Assembly (NCBI GenBank): GCA_013416795.1
Contig: RQSC01000025.1
Span: 158,609 to 222,608, forward strand
Length of the DNA: 64,000 nucleotides
Source: Prasinococcaceae sp. CCMP 1430
Taxonomy: Eukaryota; Plantae; Prasinodermophyta
Reading direction: 5' to 3'
The translations under genes were made by a program, and so were the position numbers. This document shows, piece after piece, positions 55,457 to 64,000 of the stretch (position 1 is its first letter; the number at the start of each line of letters is the position of its first letter). The notes under the pieces were generated by a model. That model was given only the letters and a program-made list of their open reading frames with translations, was not told where the DNA came from and searched no databases.

Positions 55457-55888
55457 CACCGTCACCACTCTAGCGCATGCAGTGCTGCGCTCGCACACCC
55501 ACCTGTGGCCTTGGATAGGTCGGCGTTCGGCAGGCCGTCGGCGCGTTCGCGGATTGCTTTCAGGATGGCGTGGTCAGCGGCCTCCTCGGCCTTGCGCTGC
55601 CTCTTCGCGGATGCCTTCGGTTTCTCATCTGGTACCTCAAACTTCACCCTCTGCTCGCGCGTCGCATCGCGGCGCGGCGCAAGGCAAGTCAGCGCGCGCA
55701 CGACAGCGCGAGAAAGCGGGCGACACACGGTTGCACGCGTGGCATGCCCTGCTCAGCCGGTGTGGCTGGGTGCGGGGCGCAACAGCCTCGCCTCACCGTC
55801 GCCCTCGCACCCCCGGGCCCGCGCTCTCCACGCCGGTCCTCGCCGCTCAAAACCTCCCCGCCGCGCAGCGCCGCTCGCTTGGCCCGCC

Positions 55889-57771
55889 TCAGCGGCGCGT
55901 CACCTTCACGTTGAGCCCCTCCGAGGTGTGGATGGTGGCGCCAGAGGTCATTCCGATGGTCTGTCCGGGCACCAGCTCGATGTTGAAGCGCTTGAGCACG
56001 GTGGCGGCCACGACGGTGGCCTCCATGAGCGCGAACTGATCGCCCGGGCACTTGCGCGGGCCCGCCGAGAAGGGGATGTACCTGTAGTTGGTGTTGGCCT
56101 CGTTGGGCGGCGGCTGGTCGAGCGGGCCAAAGCGCATGGGCTTGAACTCGTTGGCGTCCTCGCCCCACACGTCCGGCGAGCGGTGCATGTTGTAGATGGA
56201 GAGAAGCATGTCCTGCTGCGCGGGGATGGTGAACTTCTCGCCCGAGCTGGTGGGGATCTCCTGCTGCACCACCGCGCGGCGCGTGTACACGGGCGGCTGG
56301 GGGTACAACCGCATCGTCTCGTCGATGCAGCGGCGCGTGTAGCGCAGCTTGGGAATGTCCGCGTACGTGGGCGTTCCTCGGTCGCCCAGCACCTCGTCGA
56401 GCTCCGCCTGCAGCTCCTTCATGCACTCGGGGTTCTCCATGAGCATGTACGACATCCAGGTGAGGACCGCGCCGGTGGTCTCGTGCCCAGCGATCAGAAT
56501 GCTCACCAGGTCGTCGCGCAACTGCCTGGCGCTGGTCTCCTCCCGGCTGGCGAGCAGGAAGCGCAGCAGCGAGGGGTCGTTCTCGTTGACGTAAAGCGGG
56601 TCGTCGAGGTCGTCCTCGCCGCGCTTCTCGGCCTCCAGGATGGCCTTGCTCTTGGCGACAAGCTCCTCGACGGTCTCGCGGATGAGCGTGATGGACTTCC
56701 ACGCCACGCGCTGGCGCTCAGAGACGGCCCGCGCGATGACTCCAGGCAGCTTGTAGATGGGCACCAGGTCCATCGCGCGGGTCTCGCCCTCCTCTGCGAG
56801 CGGGCAAGGCGGCGGAGTGGGGTGCGCGGATTTGGAGTTAGCAGCAGTACCGGGCGGGGAGCAGAGCCGCGACGCGCGACGCGCGACGCGCGACGCGCGA
56901 TGGCCCCGTACGGCCAGGAGCGAAGGATTGAGCGGCGGGCTGAGGCGCCGCGCGAGCGCTGCGCGGCCACTCACTGAGCGCGGTGTAGACGGCCTGCACC
57001 AGAGGGTTGTCCGTGGTGAGCGCGTTGAAGTCGTAGCCGAACGCCGCCTTGCCGATGATGTCCAGGGTGACCTGGCTGAGCTGATCCTCCAAGTTAATGG
57101 GCGTGTCGGTCTCGGCGGCCGCGTCGAGCTTGTTGGCGAGCACCTCGGCGCACGGCGCCATGCTGTGCGTGACCATCGCCTCGATGTACCTGCGGTGGAT
57201 GCCGGGCGCGACTGCCTTGCGGCGCACCTTCCACTCCTCGCCCTCGAGCAGCGCGAAGCCGTCGCCGAAGGGGCCGTTCTCGCCTCCGCCCACCTCGGCG
57301 ATGGTGCCCTTGTTGTTGAGCCGGCCGTAGCCCTGCAGCACGTAGCGCAGCGCCTCCGGGTCGCTCACCACGACGAAGCTGGTGGCGGGCCCCGTCGGGA
57401 GCAGGTACACGGGGCCGGACTCGATCATCCACTTGTACAGCGGGATGAAGAGGCCGCCGCCCAGCAGCGTCTTGATGTCGTCCACCTTGGCGTCCGCCAG
57501 CGGGAGGTCCGACTTGCCACCCCAGTTGCGCTGCAGCTGCGTGAGCCAGTCGGGAGAGGCGAACACCTCGCCGGCGCCCGCCTTGTTGGATACGCCGGCG
57601 CCGGCGCCGGCGGCGACCTCGAGGTTGGTGAAGTCCAGGCTGTCGAGGTCCTCGTCGAGCGGAACATCCTCCACCTGCGGGGGCTCGGCGGCCGCGCGCG
57701 CGCTCACGCGCCTCGCCACCGCGCCGCGCTGCCGCCGCCGCTTCCACGCGCCGTACACCGGCTGCGGCCAT
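55889..57771 (-). CDS. CYP97C: Carotenoid epsilon-ring hydroxylase CYP97C (LUT1-type P450); intron 56974..56794; start frame uncertain
   Basis: SPDWLT, LLGGGLFIPLYKWM, DPSLLRFLLASRE, AGHETT, ETMRLYPQPP, PMRF and the heme motif FSAGPRKC. The splice gives TALK|EGETR. Confidence 0.92.
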
Positions 57772-58497
57772 GGCGCCCGCTCGCGCGCCGCCGGCGCGCC
57801 GCGTCGGTCCAACCCCCCTCTCCTGGGCCCTTCCTGCGCACGTCCGCCTCGCACGCACACGCGCAGCCCACGCGCAGGCTCGCCCTTTGGCCCGCTGTGG
57901 CACACCGCTGTGGCACACCGCGCGCCTGCGGCCCGTGGGTGCCCCCCCCTCCCGCGCAGCACCCCCACGCACGCCCCACCCACCCACCCACCCACCCACC
58001 CACCCTTCCATCGCCGTCGCCCGCCCGCCCGCGCGCTCCCGCGCGTTCTGGATAGGATAGGGGTGCCTGAGCGCGCCGCCGCGCTTTTTGCGGCGCGCCC
58101 ATCGCATCGCACTGTTCGCGCCGAGGTGGTTTGCCGGCCGAGCGATCGAGCGGCGGATGCCCCACCCACCCGCGGACAGGGGCAGGGGGCAGATCCGCGC
58201 CCCGCACGCCCGCGCGGCCGCCGCGCTGTGTTTGGCTGGGGTTTTGGGTTTGGGCGTCGCCGGTTCGGTCGGATTCGGATTCGGATTCGGTGCCTGACGG
58301 CGGTCGCGTCGCGCCGCGGCCGCGCCGCGCCTCGCGCGCCGTCCTTGGGTTCCGCGGCGGGGCCCANNNNNNNNNNNNNNNNNNNNNNNNNNNNNNNNNN
58401 NNNNNNNNNNNNNNNNNNNNNNNNNNNNNNNNNNNNNNNNNNNNNNNNNNNNNNNNNNNNNNNNNNNNNNNNNNNNNNNNNNNNNNNNNNNNNNNNN

Positions 58498-61400
58498 CGC
58501 TCCAGCAGCGGCCGCGGCCGCCGCGGCCGCCGCTGCGGGCCATGCGGACCCGCGCGTCGCGGGAGGCGTCCCGGCGACGCTGCAGGCGCTGGTGGCGCCG
58601 CACATAGAGTCCTTCGACTACCTCGTGCGCGAGGGCGTGGACCTGGCCTTCGCGAGCGTCGCGCCCGTGGAGGTGACCAACCCGGAGAGCGGCCAGGCGA
58701 TGCGCGTGTGGCTCGAGGCGCCGATGGTCGAGGGGCCGCGGCGAGACGCGAGCGACGCAGGCGTGGGCGGCGACACGCGGATGTACCCGACCTACTGCCG
58801 CGAGGCGGGCGTGACGTACGCCGGCGAGCTCTCCGCCACGGTCTGCTGCCAGGACGCCGACGGCGCGGGGCCCGTCGCGCGCCACACGCGCCGGCTGGGC
58901 TCGTTCCCGGTGATGGTGCGCTCCGCCCTGTGCTCGCTGCGCGGCGCCGACCGCGCGACGCTCATCGCGCGCAAAGAGGAGGCGCACGAGATGGGCGGGT
59001 ACTTCATTGTGAACGGCAACGAGAAGATCATCCGCCTGCTCGTGCTCAACCGGCGCAACTACCCACTCGCGCTGCGCCGCGGCGCGTACGCGCGCCGCGG
59101 CCCGGGCTACAGCGACCTCGGCGTGTCGATGCGCTGCGTGCGCGACGACCAGCACGCGTGCACGGTCACGCTCTACGGCCTGACCGCCGGCGGCGCCACG
59201 CTGGGCTTCCGCCACCGCAAGCAGGAGTTCTTCATTCCGGCGGGCGTGCTGCTGCGGGCGCTCACCGACGACTCCGACCAGGAGCTCTTCGGCCGCATGG
59301 TCGACGGCTGCATGAGCGCCAGCGGCGGCGCGGGCGGGCTGGAGGCGGGCGAGGTGGACGCGGTGCTCGCGGGGCGCGCAGAGGCCGTGCTGCGCGCGGC
59401 GCACTCGCTGGGGCTGTACACGCAGCGCGAGGCCCTCTCGTACATCGGCTCCAAGTTCCGAGTCGTGCTCGACGAGGTGCCCAAGCGATTCACGGACGAG
59501 GAGGCCGGCCGCGTGCTCGTGAGCAACTACCTCTTCGTGCAGGCGGAGGACTTCGACGACAAGGTGGGCGTGTTCATGCTGCTCGTTCACAAGCTGTGGG
59601 CGGTGGCGAGCGGCATGGCCAGCGCCGACGCCGACGACGCCACGGCGCACCACGAGGTCATGCTGCCAGGCCACCTGCTGCTCAACTTCCTGCGCTCGCA
59701 GGTCACCAGCTGGCTGGCGAACGCGGTGCTGCAGTTCGACGCGGAGATCCGCAAGCGCTCCAACGCCGACCTGCGGGACGCGACGGTGCAGAAGGCGGTC
59801 ATCCAGCGCGTGTGCGCATCGGTGGACATCGGGCGCAAGTTCGAGTACCTGCTCGCCACCGGCAACCTCGTCGACCCGACGGGGCTCGACCTGCCACAGA
59901 ACACGGGCTTCACGGTGGTCGCAGAGAAACTCAACTACATGCGCTATCTGTCGCACTTCCGCTCCATTCACCGCGGCGCTTCCTTCGCCAAGCTGCAGAT
60001 CACGACGCCGCGCAAGCTGCGCCCCGAGTCGTGGGGATTCCTGTGTCCCGTGCACACGCCCGACGGCTCGCCGTGCGGCCTGCTCAACCACCTGGCGCAG
60101 CACTGCCAGGTGGTGACGGCTTCGAAGGGCAGCGCGGCGGAGCGCCGCGCGGCACTCGCCGCGGTGCTGTACTCGCTGGGTGCGGTGGCCGTCAGCGCGG
60201 GGGCGCCCGCGCCGCCGCCGCCGGAGTACCTCACCATCACCATCGACGGGCTGGTGACCGCCGCGGTGGCCTCTTCCATCGCGCCGCTGCTGGTGCGCGC
60301 GTTGCGCAATCTCAAGGCGGGAGGCCAACACCCGGCGGTGCCGCGTGACCTCGAGGTGGCGCACGTGCCCTACGACGCGGGCGCCACGTTCCCGGGCATA
60401 TTCATTTTCAGCGCGCAGGGCCGCATGATGCGGCCGGTGCGGCAGCGCCCGGGAGGCATCGACGCGGCCGCCGAGGCCGCCTACATGCGTGAGCACATGG
60501 GCGAGGCGGCCGCGGCCCTCGGGGACGAGTGGAGTGGCCAGGGTCCTATCGAGATGATCGGCACGCTCGAGCAGCTCTTTTTGGACGTGGCGTGCGCCGA
60601 CCGCGCGAGCAGCCGGCTGATGGTCGGTGCGGCGGGCGTGCCGCCCGCCATGGACGCCGAGCAGGGCGACCTCGTCGAGGGCGGGCGGCTTGCGGGCGCC
60701 ACGCACGAGGAGATGCACCCGGTGGCCATGCTGAGCGTCGTCGCCAGTCTCACCCCTTGGTCGGACCACAACCAGAGCCCGCGCAACATGTACCAGTGCC
60801 AGATGGCCAAGCAGACCATGGGCGTGCCGATGACGTGCTACAACCAACGGCCAGACACGAAGATATACCGCATCCAGACACCGCAGACGCCCATCTGCCG
60901 CACGCGACTGTACGATTCATACCACGTAGACGAGTACCCGCTGGGCACCAACTCTGTCGTGGCTGTGCTGGCGTACACCGGCTTTGACATGGAGGACGCC
61001 ATGATAATCAACAAGAGCGCCATCGAGCGCGGCTTCATGCACGGCTGCATGTACAAAACCGAAACGGTGGACCTCAAGGACCGCCGCGCTTCCAAGGCGA
61101 GTGCCGCCACGCACGTCTTCCAGGCGCCGTCGCGAGACGAGATGCGCCGCGAGCGCATGACCAAGGGCAAGCAGGCAGGCAGCACGCGCGCGGTCGACTT
61201 CGACGGCCTGCCCGCGCCCATGTCGCGAGTCACGCCCGGCGACGCGCTGTGGAACGAGCGCGACCTCGTGGGCGCGCGCGACAGCCTCAAGCGCCTCAAG
61301 GGCAAGGACGGCGCCACCGTGGAACACGTTGCAATCATCGGCGACAGCAAGGAGGCCGAGTTGCAGCGCGCGACCGTCAAGCTCCGCTACGACCGCACGC

Positions 61401-62224
61401 CGGTGATCGGCGACAAGTTCTCGAGCCGGCACGGGCAGAAGGGCACGCTGTCGGTGCTGTGGCCGGACGTGGACATGCCGTGGTGCGAGAACTCGGGCAT
61501 GCGCCCCGACATCATCATCAACCCGCACGCCTTCCCGTCGCGCATGACAATCGGCATGCTCATCGAGAGCATGGCGGGCAAGGCGGGCGCGCTGACGGGG
61601 ACCTACCCCGACGCCACGCCGTTCCAGCCGCGCGACGGTCCGGAGGACGGCCACGGCGGCGCGGCGTGTCTGCCTGGCATTGGCGAGCAGCTGGCGGCGC
61701 ACGGGTACTCCAAGGTGGGCTCGGAGGCGATGTACAGCGGCGTGCTCGGCACGCACCTGCAGGCCGACATTTACATCGGGCTGGTGTACTACCAGCGCCT
61801 GAGGCACATGGTGAACGACAAGTTCCAGGTGCGCGCGACGGGCGCCATCAACAACCTCACGCGGCAGCCGGTGAAGGGCCGCGCCATCGGCGGCGGCATC
61901 CGCTTCGGCGAGATGGAGCGCGACTCGCTCATCTCGCACGGCGCGTCGTACCTCCTGCACGACCGCCTGCACACGTGCTCGGACGCGCACATGGCCGACG
62001 TGTGCTCCAAGTGCGGCTGCATGCTCGCCACGATGCAGCTGCCGCAGCTGGAGGGCGACCGCCTGGGCGGTGGCGGCGGGCGCCACAAGATGTACTGTAA
62101 GGTGTGCAAGAGCGGCGAGAGCGTGGAGAGCGTCGCCATGCCGTACGTCTTTCGCTTCCTGGCGGTGGAGCTGGCGAGCGTCAACGTCGCGCTCAAGCTC
62201 AAGGTTGGCTCCGCGTCGAGCTGA
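58498..62224 (+). CDS. NRPA2: RNA polymerase I second-largest subunit (RPA2/RPA135); 5' end in N gap
   Basis: PHIESF, GGYFIVNGNEKIIRLL, HFRSIHRG, RKLRPESWGFLCPVHTPDGSPCGLLNHL, DHNQSPRNMYQCQMAKQTMG, GDKFSSRHGQKG, GGIRFGEMERD and a C-terminal CxxC..CxxC. Confidence 0.97.
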
Positions 62225-62471
62225 GCGCCCGCGGCCGAGCGCGTCCATCCCCCCATTTAATAAGCAATGCGCCATTGCACCCCCCCGACGCCCTCTTGCA
62301 CGCGTCAGCGCCGCACCCCCACCCCATCCGACACACCCAGGGGCACACACGTTCGCGCGCGCCCGGCCTCGGATGTACATTTCTCGAAGTGTTACAGTTG
62401 GTTGGCGCGACGAGCACCCGTCCGGCGCGCGCTCGGCCCTCTCGCCAACGCGCCCCCCCCGGGCTCACAAG

Positions 62472-63383
62472 CTACCCGGCGAGCTTTTTGTACGCGATGA
62501 AGACGATCGCCGCGACCAACAGAAAGATGATGGTCCACATAATGATCTTGTTTGTGACCATTCGTCGCGCCATGGACGAGATCAGCTTGCGCCCGCGCGA
62601 GAGGTTGTCGTCGGTGCTGTGCAACGTGTCGCGCGCGTGCGTGATGGTCTGTCGCTGCTGGTGCAAATCCTGCAGGATGGATACGCCCAGCTCCTCTGTC
62701 TCAAGGATGGTGCGCTTGCCCTCCTCGATGCGGTCGCTTGACCGTTGCAGCCGCTCGGTCGTCGTCAGCAGGCGGTTGCGCTGGTCCGACGCGCTCGCGG
62801 CGTCTCCGAGGAGCTCGGCACGGCTGGCGTCGCCGGCGAACGCGGACATGCGCTTGGCGTCCTTCTTGAGCCCATTCAGGTCCGCCTTGTAGTCGCGCAG
62901 CCTGCCGAGCAGCACCGTCTTGGTGTCCGGCGTCGTCGTGCGCGCCTCGAGATCCATGCGGCGGATGAGCGACTCTGCTTCGCTGATGTCCTCGTCAATT
63001 TCCGACATCTTTTGCTTGCGCGCCTCTGCAGGAGTTCCACGCCGAGTCACGCGAAGGGAGAGGAGGAGGGTCAAGGCCCGGGGGCGTCAGCACCGGCGGC
63101 GAGTTGCGTCGGCGGCGGCACGCGCGCGCGAGCGCATGCGCGGTTGGCAGGTGGCGCACCTCCGCTCAGGTTCTGCAGCGCCTGGCATTTGCGACCGACC
63201 GCCGTGTGCAGATCCTTGAACTCGCGCTCGTACCCCTGCGCGCGGTCCCCGGCGAGGGGAGAGGAGTGAGCGGGAGGACGCGCGGCGCATGGGGCATCAG
63301 CTTTCGAGCGAGCGAGCAAGGGTGCGCGCGCTCGCGCGCGCACTCGCGGGGCGCTGCGCCCTCACCTCGAAAACGCCCGACAT
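62472..63383 (-). CDS. VTI1: Qb-SNARE VTI1; join complement(63366..63383,63160..63235,62472..63025)
   Basis: MSGVFE|GYERE, EAESLIRRMDLEAR, LRDYKADL, ETEELGVSILQDL.QQRQT and a C-terminal TM NKIIMWTIIFLLVAAIVFI. Confidence 0.93.
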
Positions 63384-64000
63384 GGTGGACGGGCGGGCGC
63401 CTCTGGTCGCGCGCGCGCCGTGTGGCTCGCGGCGCCGGCGGCGGCCCCGCGCGATCCGGCCGGAGATCCAGATCCAGATCCGGTCGCGCGCGCGCGGGCC
63501 CCGACCGACCGACCGACAGATGATCGTTTTTGCCAATCATCCGCCCGGTCACCCTCCGACCTACGGTGCGCCAGAGCGAGCTCTGAACGCACCTCAACGC
63601 AGATCGACTCGGAGGCTCCTTCCTTCCGGCGATGGGTCGGTCGTCGAGGGGTGATCAAAAACAGTGCGACCGCCGCGCCGCGGGCGAGGCGACGGCGGTC
63701 GCCCGTGGGGAAATTTTACGAATGGACGCGCGTCGCTCCACCGGAGCACGCAAAACCCTACCGCTGCCCACAGAGGGTTGGTTGCCCTGGCAGAGCGAGA
63801 GAGACTGATGAGAGAAAGAGAGCTGCGGTCGGGCCGGGCCGCCGGAGGCAGCCGGCCGCAGGCGAGGCGGGGCACAGCAGGCTCGGCTCGGCTCTGCAGC
63901 CGAGCGCGCGCGCGGGCACAGCCGCCGCGCCCCCCTCAGCCAGCGCGACTCATCGCACGAGGGAGCGAGCTAAGGCGGCCGCTCGGGGGCACCTCCCCCC

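Overview
This is a gene-dense, very GC-rich stretch of eukaryotic nuclear DNA with short GT-AG introns (many with a CTGAC branch point) and plastid-targeted genes. It is most consistent with a compact green-algal, prasinophyte-like genome (inference). About 27 protein-coding loci are recognisable, including a DHHC acyltransferase, organellar AspRS, gamma-SNAP, BAF60/SWP73, squalene synthase, an LSMT-type SET protein, an HMA1-type P1B ATPase, importin-9, RAD51, LSM11, GPC1, sulfite reductase, IFT140, RPC34, CYP97C, Pol I RPA2 and VTI1. The assembly is a draft with four N-runs and four single-N gaps, and several genes lack their 5' ends. The most striking signal is in a tandem pair of orphan genes (11.2-13.0 kb). 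Two blocks of copy 1 (80 nt and 88 nt) are the base-by-base complement, not the reverse complement, of the aligned blocks in copy 2. Complementing them back removes all five in-frame TAG stops and shows mostly synonymous divergence. No known replication or recombination mechanism does this, so an assembly or decoding artefact is the leading explanation and must be tested against reads. There are also three long in-frame fusions: HMA1 ATPase + NicO/CGF metal transporter, half a fatty-acid desaturase + SMUBP-2-like helicase, and Mut-7 exonuclease + YbaK. No rRNA, tRNA, CRISPR array or autonomous mobile element was found.
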